Positions 14,291 through 27,200 of a stretch of DNA of 64,000 nt are shown piece after piece. The notes under the pieces were generated by a model that searched no databases, had not been told where the DNA came from, and worked only from the letters and a program-made list of their open reading frames with translations. The stretch's first letter is position 1. The number at the start of each line of letters is the position of its first letter. Source of the stretch: Nemertoderma westbladi (lineage: Eukaryota > Animalia > Xenacoelomorpha); the NCBI GenBank assembly GCA_032718475.1, contig JAUCBJ010009143.1:124001-188000 (forward strand). The letters run 5' to 3'. Made by a program: the position numbers and the translations under genes.

Positions 14291-17200
14291 CTTCTACTTC
14301 CGCTCACTCGAAAGCCTCAGCAACAGGGCCACCAGCTCTCCCGATTAATCCAACTTCTACTTCTGCACACTCGAAGCTTCAGCAACTGGGCCAGCAGCTC
14401 TCCCGATTAATCCAACTTCTACTTCCGCACACTCGAAGCCTCAGAAACTGGGCCAGCAGCTCTGCAGATTAATTTACCTTTTACTTTCACTCACTCGAAA
14501 GCCTCAGCAACTGGGCCAGCAGCTCTCCCGATTAATCTACCTTCTACTTCCGCACACTTAAAGCCTCAGCAACTGGGCCAGCAGCTCTCCAGATTAATTT
14601 ACCTTCTACTTCCGCTCACTCGAAAGCTGCACCAACTGGGCCAGCAGCTCTCCCGATTAATCCACCTTCTACTTCCGCACGCTCGAAGCCTCATCAACTG
14701 GGCCATCAGCTCTCCCGATTATTCAACCTTCTACTTCCGCACACTTAAAGCCTCAGCAACTGGGCCAGCAGCTCTCCAGATTAATTTACCTTCTACTTCC
14801 GCTCACTCGAAAGCCGCACCAACTGGGCCAGCAGCTCTCCCGATTAATCCACCTTCTACTTCCGCTCACTCGAAGCCTCATCAACTGGGCCAGCAGCTCT
14901 CCAAATTAATTTACCTTCTACTTCCGCACACTCGAAGCCTCTGCAACTGGGCCAGCAGCTCTCCCAATTATTCAACCTTCTACTTCCGCACACTCGAAGC
15001 CTCATCAACAGGGCCAGCAGCTCTCCAAGTTAATTTACCTTCTACTTCCACACACTCGATGCCTCATCAACTGGGCCAGCAGCTCTCCAAATTAATTTAC
15101 CTTCTACTTCCGCACACTCGATGCCTCATCAACTGGGCCAGCAGCTCTCCCGATTAATTCACCTTCTACTTCCGCTCACTCGAAGCCTCAGCATCTGGGC
15201 CAGCAGCTCTCCAGATTAATTTACCTTCTACTTCCGCACACTCGAAGCCTCAGCAACTGGGCCACCAGCTCTCCCGATTAATCCACCTTCTACTTCCGCA
15301 CACTCGAAGCCTCAGCAACTGGGCCAGCAGCTCTCCCGATTAATCCAACTTCTACTTCCGCACACTCGAAGCCTCAGCAACTGGGCCAGCAGCTCTCCAG
15401 ATTAATTTACCTTCTTCTTCCACTCACTCGAAAGCCTCAGCAACTGGGCCAGCAGCTCTCCCGATTAATCCACCTTCTACTTCCGCACACTCGAAAGCCT
15501 CAGCAACTGGGCCAGCAGCTCTCCCGATTAATCCACCTTCTACTTACGCACACTCGAAGCCTCAGCAACTGGGCCAGCAGTTCTCCCGATTATTCCACCT
15601 TCTACTTCCGCACACTCGAAGCCTCATGCAACTGGGCCAGCAGCTCTCCAGATTAATTTACCTTCTTCTTCCGCTCACTCGAAAGCCTCAGCAACTGGGC
15701 CAGCAGCTCTCCCGATTAATTTACCTTCTACTTCCGCACACTCGAAAGCCTCAGCAACTGGGCCAGCAGCTCTCCCGATTAATCCACCTTCTACTTCCGC
15801 ACACTCGAAGCCTCAGCAACTGGGCCAGCAGCTCTCCCGATTAATCTACCTTCTACTTCCGCACACTCGAAGCCTCAGCAACTGGGCCAGCAGCTCTCCA
15901 GATTAATTTACCTTCTTCTTCCGCTCACTTGAAAGCCTCAGCAACTGGGCCACCACCTCTCCCGATTAATCCACCTTCTACTTCCGCACACTCGAAAGCC
16001 TCAGCAACTGGGCCAGCAGCTCTCCCGATTAATCCACCTTCTACTTCCGCACACTCGAAGCCTCAGCAACTGGGCCAGCAGCTCTCCCGATTAATCCACC
16101 TTCTACTTCCGCACACTCGAAGCCTCAGCAACTGGGCCAGCAGCTCTCCCGATTAATCCACCTTCTACTTCCGCACACTCGAAGCCTCAGCAACTGGGCC
16201 AGCAGTTCTCCTGATTATTCCACCTTCTACTTCCGCACACTCGAAGCCTCATCAACTGGGCCAGCAGCTCTCCAGATTAATTTACCTTCTACTTCCGCAC
16301 ACTCGAAAGCCTCAGCAACTGGGCCAGCAGCTCTCCCGATTAATCCACCTTCTACTTCCGCACACTCGAAGCCTCAGCAACTGGGCCAGCAGCTCTCCCG
16401 ATTAATCCACCTTCTACTTCCGCACACTCGAAGCCTCAGCAACTGGGCCAGCAGCTCTCCAGATTAATTTACCTTCTACTTCCGCACACTCGAAAGCCTC
16501 AGCAACTGGGCCAGCAGCTCTCCCGATTAATCCACCTTCTACTTCCGCACACTCGAAGCCTCAGCAACTGGGCCAGCAGCTCTCCCGATTAATCCACCTT
16601 CTACTTCCGCACACTCGAAGCCTCATCAACTGGGCCAGCAGCTCTCCAGATTAATTTACCTTCTTCTTCCGCTCACTCAAAAGCCTCAGCAACTGGGCCA
16701 GCAGCTCTCCCGATTAATTTACCTTCTACTTCCGCACACTTAAAGCCTCAGCAACTGGGCCAGCAGCTCTCCAGATTAATTTACCTTCTACTTCCGCTCA
16801 CTCGAAAGCCGCACCAACTGGGCCAGCAGCTCTCCCGATTAATCCACCTTCTACTTCCGCACGCTCGAAGCCTCATCAACTGGGCCATCAGCTCTCCCGA
16901 TTATTCAACCTTCTACTTCCGCACACTCGAAGCCTCATCAACTGGGCCAGCAGCTCTCCAAATTAATTTACCTTCTACTTCCGCACACTCGAAGCCTCTG
17001 CAACTGGGCCAGCAGCTCTCCCAATTATTCAACCTTCTACTTCCGCACACTCGAAGCCTCATCAACTGGGCCAGCAGCTCTCCAAGTTAATTTACCTTCT
17101 ACTTCCACACACTCGATGCCTCAGCAACTGGGCCAGCAGCTCTCCCGATTAATCCACCTTCTACTTCCGCACGCTCGAAGCCTCATCAACTGGGCCATCA

Positions 17201-20200
17201 GCTCTCCCGATTATTCAACCTTCTACTTCCGCACACTTAAAGCCTCAGCAACTGGGCCAGCAGCTCTCCAGATTAATTTACCTTCTACTTCCGCTCACTC
17301 GAAAGCCGCACCAACTGGGCCAGCAGCTCTCCCGATTAATCCACCTTCTACTTCCGCTCACTCGAAGCCTCATCAACTGGGCCAGCAGCTCTCCAAATTA
17401 ATTTACCTTCTACTTCCGCACACTCGAAGCCTCTGCAACTGGGCCAGCAGCTCTCCCAATTATTCAACCTTCTACTTCCGCACACTCGAAGCCTCATCAA
17501 CTGGGCCAGCAGCTCTCCAAGTTAATTTACCTTCTACTTCCACACACTCGATGCCTCATCAACTGGGCCAGCAGCTCTCCAAATTAATTTACCTTCTACT
17601 TCCGCACACTCGATGCCTCAGCAACTGGGCCAGCAGCTCTCCCGATTAATTCACCTTCTACTTCCGCACACTCGAAGCCTCAGCATCTGGGCCAGCAGCT
17701 CTCCAGATTAATTTACCTTCTACTTCCGCACACTCGAAGCCTCAGCAACTGGGCCACCAGCTCTCCCGATTAATCCACCTTCTACTTCCGCACACTCGAA
17801 GCCTCAGCAACTGGGCCAGCAGCTCTCCTGATTAATCCAACTTCTACTTTCGCACACTCGAAGCCTCAGCAACTGGTCCAGCAGCTCTCCAGATTAATTT
17901 ACCTTCTTCTTCCACTCACTCGAAAGCCTCAGCAACTGGGCCAGCAGCTCTCCCGATTAATCCACCTTCTACTTCCGCACACTCGAAAGCCTCAGCAACT
18001 GGGCCAGCAGCTCTCCCGATTAATCCACCTTCTACTTACACACACTCGAAGCCTCAGCAACTGGGCCAGCAGTTCTCCCGATTATTCCACCTTCTACTTC
18101 CGCACACTCGAAGCCTCATCAACTGGGCCAGCAGCTCTCCAGATTAATTTACCTTCTTCTTCCGCTCACTCGAAAGCCTCAGCAACTGGGCCAGCAGCTC
18201 TCCCGATTAATTTACCTTCTACTTCCGCACACTCGAAAGCCTCAGCAACTGGGCCAGCAGCTCTCCCGATTAATCCACCTTCTACTTCCGCACACTCGAA
18301 GCCTCAGCAACTGGGCCAGCAGCTCTCCCGATTAATCCACCTTCTACTTCCGCACACTCGAAGCCTCAGCAACTGGGCCAGCAGCTCTCCAGATTAATTT
18401 ACCTTCTTCTTCCGCTCACTCGAAAGCCTCAGCAACTGGGCCAGCAGCTCTCCCGATTAATCCACCTTCTACTTCCGCACACTCGAAAGCCTCAGCAACT
18501 GGGCCAGCAGCTCTCCCGATTAATCCACCTTCTACTTCCGCACACTCGAAGCCTCAGCAACTGGGCCAGCAGCTCTCCCGATTAATCCACCTTCTACTTC
18601 CGCACACTCGAAGCCTCATCAACTGGGCCAGCAGCTCTCCAGATTAATTTACCTTCTACTTCCGCACACTCGAAAGCCTCAGCAACTGGGCCAGCAGCTC
18701 TCCCGATTAATTTACCTTCTACTTCCGCACACTCGAAAGCCTCAGCAACTGGGCCAGCAGCTCTCCAGATTAATTTACCTTCTACTTCCGCACACTCGAA
18801 AGCCTCAGCAACTGGGCCAGCAGCTCTCCCGATTAATTCACCTTCTACTTCCGCACACTCGAAAGCCTCAGCAACTGGGCCAGCAGCTCTCCAGATTAAT
18901 TTACCTTCTACTTCCGCTCACTCGAAAGCCTCAGCAACTGGGCCAGCAGCTCTCCCGATTAATTTACCTTCTACTTCCGCACACTCGAAAGCCTCAGCAA
19001 CTGGGCCAGCAGCTCTCCCGATTAATTCACCTTCTACTTCCGCACACTCGAAGCCTCATCAACTGGGCCAGCAGCTCTCCAGATTAATTTACCTTCTTCT
19101 TCCGCTCACTCGAAAGCCTCAGCAACTGGGCCAGCAGCTCTCCCGATTAATTTACCTTCTACTTCCGCACACTCGAAAGCCTCAGCAACTGGGCCAGCAG
19201 CTCTCCAGATTAATTTACCTTCTACTTCCGCACACTCGAAAGCCTCAGCAACTGGGCCAGCAGCTCTCCCGATTAATCCACCTTCTACTTCCGCACACTC
19301 GAAGCCTCAGCAACTGGGCCATCAGCTCTCCCGATTAATCCACCTTCTACTTCCGCACACTCGAAGCCTCATCAACTGGGCCAGCAGCTCTCCAAGATTA
19401 ATTTACCTTCTACTTCCGCACACTCGAAGCCTCTGCAACTGGGCCAGCAGCTCTCCCAATTATTCAACCTTCTACTTCCGCACACTCGAAGCCTCATCAA
19501 CTGGGCCAGCAGCTCTCCAAGTTAATTTACCTTCTACTTCCACACACTCGATGCCTCAGCAACTGGGCCAGCAGCTCTCCCGATTAATCCACCTTCTACT
19601 TCCGCACACTCGAAGCCTCATCAACTGGGCCACCAGCTCTCCCGATTATTCCACCTTCTACTTCCGCACACTTAAAGCCTCAGCAACTGGGCCAGCAGCT
19701 CTCCAGATTAATTTACCTTCTACTTCCGCTCACTCGAAAGCCTCACCAACTGGGCCAGCAGCTCTCCCGATTAATCCACCTTCTACTTCCGCTCACTCGA
19801 AGCCTCATCAACTGGGCCAGCAGCTCTCCAAATTAATTTACCTTCTACTTCCGCACACTCGAAGCCTCTGCAACTGGGCCAGCAGCTCTCCCAATTATTC
19901 AACCTTCTACTTCCGCACACTCGAAGCCTCATCAACTGGGCCAGCAGCTCTCCAAGTTAATTTACCTTCTACTTCCACACACTCGATGCCTCATCAACTG
20001 GGCCAGCAGCTCTCCAAATTAATTTACCTTCTACTTCCGCACACTCGATGCCTCAGCAACTGGGCCAGCAGCTCTCCCGATTAATTCACCTTCTACTTCC
20101 GCACACTCGAAGCCTCAGCATCTGGGCCAGCAGCTCTCCAGATTAATTTACCTTCTACTTCCGCACACTCGAAGCCTCAGCAACTGGGCCACCAGCTCTC

Positions 20201-23200
20201 CCGATTAATCCACCTTCTACTTCCGCACACTCGAAGCCTCAGCAACTGGGCCAGCAGCTCTCCCGATTAATCCACCTTCTACTTCCGCACACTCGAAGCC
20301 TCAGCAACTGGGCCAGCAGCTCTCCAGATTAATTTACCTTCTTCTTCCACTCACTCGAAAGCCTCAGCAACTGGGCCAGCAGCTCTCCCGATTAATCCAC
20401 CTTCTACTTCCGCACACTCGAAAGCCTCAGCAACTGGGCCAGCAGCTCTCCCGATTAATCCACCTTCTACTTACGCACACTCGAAGCCTCAGCAACTGGG
20501 CCAGCAGTTCTCCCGATTATTCCACCTTCTACTTCCGCACACTCGAAGCCTCATCAACTGGGCCAGCAGCTCTCCAGATTAATTTACCTTCTTCTTCCGC
20601 TCACTCGAAAGCCTCAGCAACTGGGCCAGCAGCTCTCCCGATTAATTTACCTTCTACTTCCGCACACTCGAAAGCCTCAGCAACTGGGCCAGCAGCTCTC
20701 CCGATTAATCCACCTTCTACTTCCGCACACTCGAAGCCTCAGCAACTGGGCCAGCAGCTCTCCCGATTAATCCACCTTCTACTTCCGCACACTCGAAGCC
20801 TCAGCAACTGGGCCAGCAGCTCTCCAGATTAATTTACCTTCTTCTTCCGCTCACTCGAAAGCCTCAGCAACTGGGCCAGCAGCTCTCCCGATTAATACCT
20901 TCTACTTCCGCACACTCGAAAGCCTCAGCAACTGGGCCAGCAGCTCTCCCGATTAATCCACCTTCTACTTCCGCACACTCGAAGCCTCAGCAACTGGGCC
21001 AGCAGCTCTCCCGATTAATCCACCTTCTACTTCCGCACACTCGAAGCCTCAGCAACTGGGCCAGCAGCTCTCCCGATTAATCCACCTTCTACTTCCGCAC
21101 ACTCGAAGCCTCAGCAACTGGGCCAGCAGCTCTCCCGATTATTCCACCTTCTACTTCCGCACACTCGAAGCCTCATCAACTGGGCCAGCAGCTCTCCAGA
21201 TTAATTTACCTTCTACTTCCGCACACTCGAAAGCCTCAGCAACTGGGCCAGCAGCTCTCCCGATTAATCCACCTTCTACTTCCGCACACTCGAAGCCTCA
21301 GCAACTGGGCCAGCAGCTCTCCCGATTAATCCACCTTCTACTTCCGCACACTCGAAGCCTCAGCAACTGGGCCAGCAGCTCTCCCGATTAATCCACCTTC
21401 TACTTCCGCACACTCGAAGCCTCAGCAACTGGGCCAGCAGCTCTCCCGATTAATCCACCTTCTACTTCCGCACACTCGAAGCCTCATCAACTGGGCCAGC
21501 AGCTCTCCAGATTAATTTACCTTCTTCTTCCGCTCACTCGAAAGCCTCAGCAACTGGGCCAGCAGCTCTCCCGATTAATTTACCTTCTACTTCCGCACAC
21601 TCGAAAGCCTCAGCAACTGGGCCAGCAGCTCTCCCGATTAATCCACCTTCTACTTCCGCACACTCGAAAGCCTCAGCAACTGGGCCAGCAGCTCTCCCGA
21701 TTAATCCACCTTCTACTTCCGCACACTCGAAGCCTCAGCAACTAGGCCACCAGCTCTCCCTATTAATCCACCTTCTACTTCCGCACAATCGAAGCCTCAG
21801 CAACTGGGCCAGCAGCTCTCACGATTATTCAACCTTCTACTTCCGCACACTCGAAGCCTCATCAACTGGGCCAGCAGCTCTCCAAGTTAATTTACCTTCT
21901 ACTTCCACACACTCGATGCCTCATCAACTGGGCCAGCAGCTCTCCAAATTAATTTACCTTCTACTTCCGCACAGTCGATGCCTCATCAAATGGGCCACCA
22001 GCTCTCCCGATTATTCCACCTTCTACTTCCGCACACTTAAAGCCTCGGCAACTGGGCCACCACCTCCCCCGATTAATCCACCTTCAACTTCCGCACATTG
22101 GAAGCCTCGGCAACTGGGCCATCAGCTCTCCCGATTAATCTACCTTCTACTTCCGCTCACTCGAAAGTCTCAGCAACAGGGCCACCAGCTCTCCCGATTA
22201 ATCCAACTTCTACTTCCGCACACTCGAAGCCTCAGCAACTGGGCCAGCAGCTCTCCCGATTAATCCAACTTCTACTTCCGCACACTCGAAGCCTCAGAAA
22301 CTGGGCCAGCAGCTCTGCAGATTAATTTACCTTTTACTTTCACTCACTCGAAAGCCTCAGCAACTGGGCCAGCAGCTCTCCCGATTAATCTACCTTCTAC
22401 TTCCGCACACTTAAAGCCTCAGCAACTGGGCCAGCAGCTCTCCAGATTAATTTACCTTCTACTTCCGCTCACTCGAAAGCCGCACCAACTGGGCCAGCAG
22501 CTCTCCCGATTAATCCACCTTCTACTTCCGCACGCTCGAAGCCTCATCAACTGGGCCATCAGCTCTCCCGATTATTCAACCTTCTATTTCCGCACACTCG
22601 AAGCCTCATCAACTGGGCCAGCAGCTCTCCAAATTAATTTACCTTCTACTTCCGCACACTCGAAGCCTCTGCAACTGGGCCAGCAGCTCTCCCAATTATT
22701 CAACCTTCTACTTCCGCACACTCGAAGCCTCATCAACTGGGCCAGCAGCTCTCCAAGTTAATTTACCTTCTACTTCCACACACTCGATGCCTCATCAACT
22801 GGGCCAGCAGCTCTCCAAATTAATTTACCTTCTACTTCCGCACACTCGATGCCTCATCAACTGGGCCAGCAGCTCTCCCGATTAATTCACCTTCTACTTC
22901 CGCACACTCGAAGCCTCAGCATCTGGGCCAGCAGCTCTCCAGATTAATTTACCTTCTACTTCCGCACACTCGAAGCCTCAGCAACTGGGCCACCAGCTCT
23001 CCCGATTAATCCACCTTCTACTTCCGCTCACTCGAAGCCTCAGCAACTGGGCCAGCAGCTCTCCCGATTAATCCACCTTCTACTTCCGCACACTCGAAGC
23101 CTCAGCAACTGGGCCAGCAGCTCTCCAGATTAATTTACCTTCTTCTTCCGCTCACTCGAAAGCCTCAGCAACTGGGCCAGCAGCTCTCCCGATTAATTTA

Positions 23201-24299
23201 CCTTCTACTTCCGCACACTCGAAAGCCTCAGCAACTGGGCCAGCAGCTCTCCCGATTAATCCACCTTCTACTTCCGCACACTCGAAGCCTCAGCAACTGG
23301 GCCACCAGCTCTCCCGATTAATCCACCTTCTACTTCCGCACACTCGAAGCCTCATCAACTGGGCCAGCAGCTCTCCAGATTAATTTACCTTCTTCTTCCG
23401 CTCACTCGAAAGCCTCAGCAACTGGGCCAGCAGCTCTCCCGATTAATTTACCTTCTTCTTCCGCTCACTCGAAAGCCTCAGCAACTGGGCCAGCAGCTCT
23501 CCCGATTAATTTACCTTCTTCTTCCGCTCACTCGAAAGCCTCAGCAACTGGGCCAGCAGCTCTCCCGATTAATTTACCTTCTTCTTCCGCTCACTCGAAA
23601 GCCTCAGCAACTGGGCCAGCAGCTCTCCAGATTAATTTACCTTCTTCTTCCGCTCACTCGAAAGCCTCAGCAACTGGGCCAGCAGCTCTCCCGATTAATT
23701 TACCTTCTTCTTCCGCTCACTCGAAAGCCTCAGCAACTGGGCCAGCAGCTCTCCCGATTAATTTACCTTCTACTTCCGCACACTCGAAAGCCTCAGCAAC
23801 TGGGCCAGCAGCTCTCCCGATTAATCCACCTTCTACTTCCGCACACTCGAAGCCTCAGCAACTGGGCCACCAGCTCTCCCGATTAATCCACCTTCTACTT
23901 CCGCACACTCGAAGCCTCAGCAACTGGGCCAGCAGCTCTCCCGATTAATCCACCTTCTACTTCCGCACACTCGAAGCCTCAGCAACTGGGCCAGCAGCTC
24001 TCCCGATTAATCCACCTTCTACTTCCGCACACTCGAAGCCTCATCAACTGGGCCAGCAGCTCTCCAGATTAATTTACCTTCTTCTTCCGCTCACTCGAAA
24101 GCCTCAGCAACTGGGCCAGCAGCTCTCCCGATTAATTTACCTTCTACTTCCGCACACTCGAAAGCCTCAGCAACTGGGCCAGCAGCTCTCCCGATTAATC
24201 CACCTTCTACTTCCGCACACTCGAAGCCTCAGCAACTGGGCCAGCAGCTCTCCCGATTAATCCACCTTCTACTTCCGCACACTCGAAGCCTCAGCAACT

Positions 24300-27200
24300 G
24301 GGCCAGCAGCTCTCCAGATTAATTTACCTTCTACTTCTGCTCACTCGAAAGCCTCAGCAACTGGGCCAGCAGCTCTCCAGATTAATTTACCTTCTACTTC
24401 TGCTCACTCGAAGCCTCAGCAACTGGGCCACCAGCTCTCCCGATTAATCCAACTTCTACTTCCGCACACTCGAAGCCTCACCACCTGGCCAGCAGCTCTC
24501 CCGATTAATCCACCTTCTACTTCCGCACGCTCGAAGCCTCAGCAACTGGGCCAGCAGCTCTCCCGATTAATCCACCTTCTACTTCCGCACACTCGAAGCC
24601 TCAGCAACTGGGCCAGCAGCTCTCCCGATTAATCCACCTTCTACTTCCGCACACTCGAAGCCTCAGCAACTGGGCCAGCAGCTCTCCAGATTAATTTACC
24701 TTCTACTTCCGCACACTCGAAGCCTCAGCAACTGGGCCAGCAGCTCTCCCGATTAATCCACCTTCTACTTCCGCTCACTCGAAAGCCTCAGCAACTAGGC
24801 CAGCAGTTCTCCAGATTAATTTACCTTCTACTTCCGCACACTCGAAGCCTCAGCAACTGGGCCAGCAGCTCTCCCGATTATTCCACCTTCTACTTCCGCA
24901 CACTCGAAGCCTCAGCAACTGGGCCAGCATCTCTCCAGATTAATTTACCTTCTTCTTCCGCTCACTCGAAAGCCTCAGCAACTGGGCCAGCAGCTCTCCA
25001 GATTAATTTACCTTCTACTTCCGCACACTCGAAGCCTCAGCAACTGGGCCAGCAGCTCTCCCGATTAATTCCACCTTCTACTTCCGCACACTCGAAGCCT
25101 CAGCAACTGGGCCAGCATCTCTCCAGATTAATTTACCTTCTTCTTCCGCTCACTCGAAAGCCTCAGCAACTGGGCCAGCAGCTCTCCAGATTAATTTACC
25201 TTCTTCTTCCGCTCACTCGAAAGCCTCAGCAACTGGGCCAGCAGCTCTCCCGATTAATTTACCTTCTACTTCCGCACACTCGAAAGCCTCAGCAACTGGG
25301 CCAGCAGCTCTCACGATTAATTTACCTTCTACTTCCGCACACTCGAAGCCTCATCAACTGGGCCAGCAGCTCTCCAGATTAATTTACCTTCTTCTTCCGC
25401 TCACTCGAAAGCCTCAGCAACTGGGCCAGCAGCTCTCCCGATTAATTTACCTTCTACTTCCGCACACTCGAAAGCCTCAGCAACTGGGCCAGCAGCTCTC
25501 CCGATTAATCCACCTTCTACTTCCGCACACTCGAAGCCTCAGCAACTGGGCCACCAGCTCTCCCGATTAATCCACCTTCTACTTCCGCACACTCGAAGCC
25601 TCAGCAACTGGGCCAGCAGCTCTCCAGATTAATTTACCTTCTTCTTCCGCTCACTCGAAAGCCTCAGCAACTGGGCCAGCAGCTCTCCCGATTAATTTAC
25701 CTTCTTCTTCCGCTCACTCGAAAGCCTCAGCAACTGGGCCAGCAGCTCTCCCGATTAATTTACCTTCTTCTTCCGCTCACTCGAAAGCCTCAGCAACTGG
25801 GCCAGCAGCTCTCCCGATTAATTTACCTTCTTCTTCCGCTCACTCGAAAGCCTCAGCAACTGGGCCAGCAGCTCTCCCGATTAATTTACCTTCTACTTCC
25901 GCACACTCGAAAGCCTCAGCAACTGGGCCAGCAGCTCTCCCGATTAATCCACCTTCTACTTCCGCACACTCGAAGCCTCAGCAACTGGGCCAGCAGCTCT
26001 CCCGATTAATCCACCTTCTACTTCCGCACACTCGAAGCCTCAGCAACTGGGCCAGCAGCTCTCCCGATTAATCCACCTTCTACTTCCGCACACTCGAAGC
26101 CTCAGCAACTGGGCCAGCAGCTCTCCCGATTAATCCACCTTCTACTTCCGCACACTCGAAGCCTCAGCAACTGGGCCAGCAGCTCTCCCAGATTAATCCA
26201 CCTTCTACTTCCGCACACTCGAAGCCTCAGCAACTGGGCCAGCAGCTCTCCCGATTAATTTACCTTCTACTTCCGCACACTCGAAAGCCTCAGCAACTGG
26301 GCCAGCAGCTCTCCCGATTAATCCACCTTCTACTTCCGCACACTCGAAGCCTCAGCAACTGGGCCAGCAGCTCTCCCGATTAATCCACCTTCTACTTCCG
26401 CACACTCGAAGCCTCAGCAACTGGGCCAGCAGCTCTCCAGATTAATTTACCTTCTACTTCTGCTCACTCGAAAGCCTCAGCAACTGGGCCAGCAGCTCTC
26501 CAGATTAATTTACCTTCTAATTCTGCTCACTCGAAGCCTCAGCAACTGGGCCACCAGCTCTCCCGATTAATCCAACTTCTACTTCCGCACACTCGAAGCC
26601 TCACCACCTGGCCAGCAGCTCTCCCGATTAATCCACCTTCTACTTCCGCACGCTCGAAGCCTCAGCAACTGGGCCAGCAGCTCTCCCGATTAATCCACCT
26701 TCTACTTCCGCACACTCGAAGCCTCAGCAACTGGGCCAGCAGCTCTCCCGATTAATCCACCTTCTACTTCCGCACACTCGAAGCCTCAGCAACTGGGCCA
26801 GCAGCTCTCCAGATTAATTTACCTTCTACTTCCGCACACTCGAAGCCTCAGCAACTGGGCCAGCAGCTCTCCCGATTAATCCACCTTCTACTTCCGCTCA
26901 CTCGAAAGCCTCAGCAACTAGGCCAGCAGTTCTCCCGATTATTCCACCTTCTACTTCCGCACACTCGAAGCCTCAGCAACTGGGCCAGCATCTCTCTAGA
27001 TTAATTTACCTTCTTCTTCCGCTCACTCGAAAGCCTCAGCAACTGGGCCAGCAGCTCTCCAGATTAATTTACCTTCTACTTCCGCTCACTCGAAAGCCTC
27101 AGCAACTGGGCCAGCAGCTCTCCAGATTAATTTACCTTCTTCTTCCGCTCACTCGAAAGCCTCAGCAACTGGGCCAGCAGCTCTCCCGATTAATTTACCT

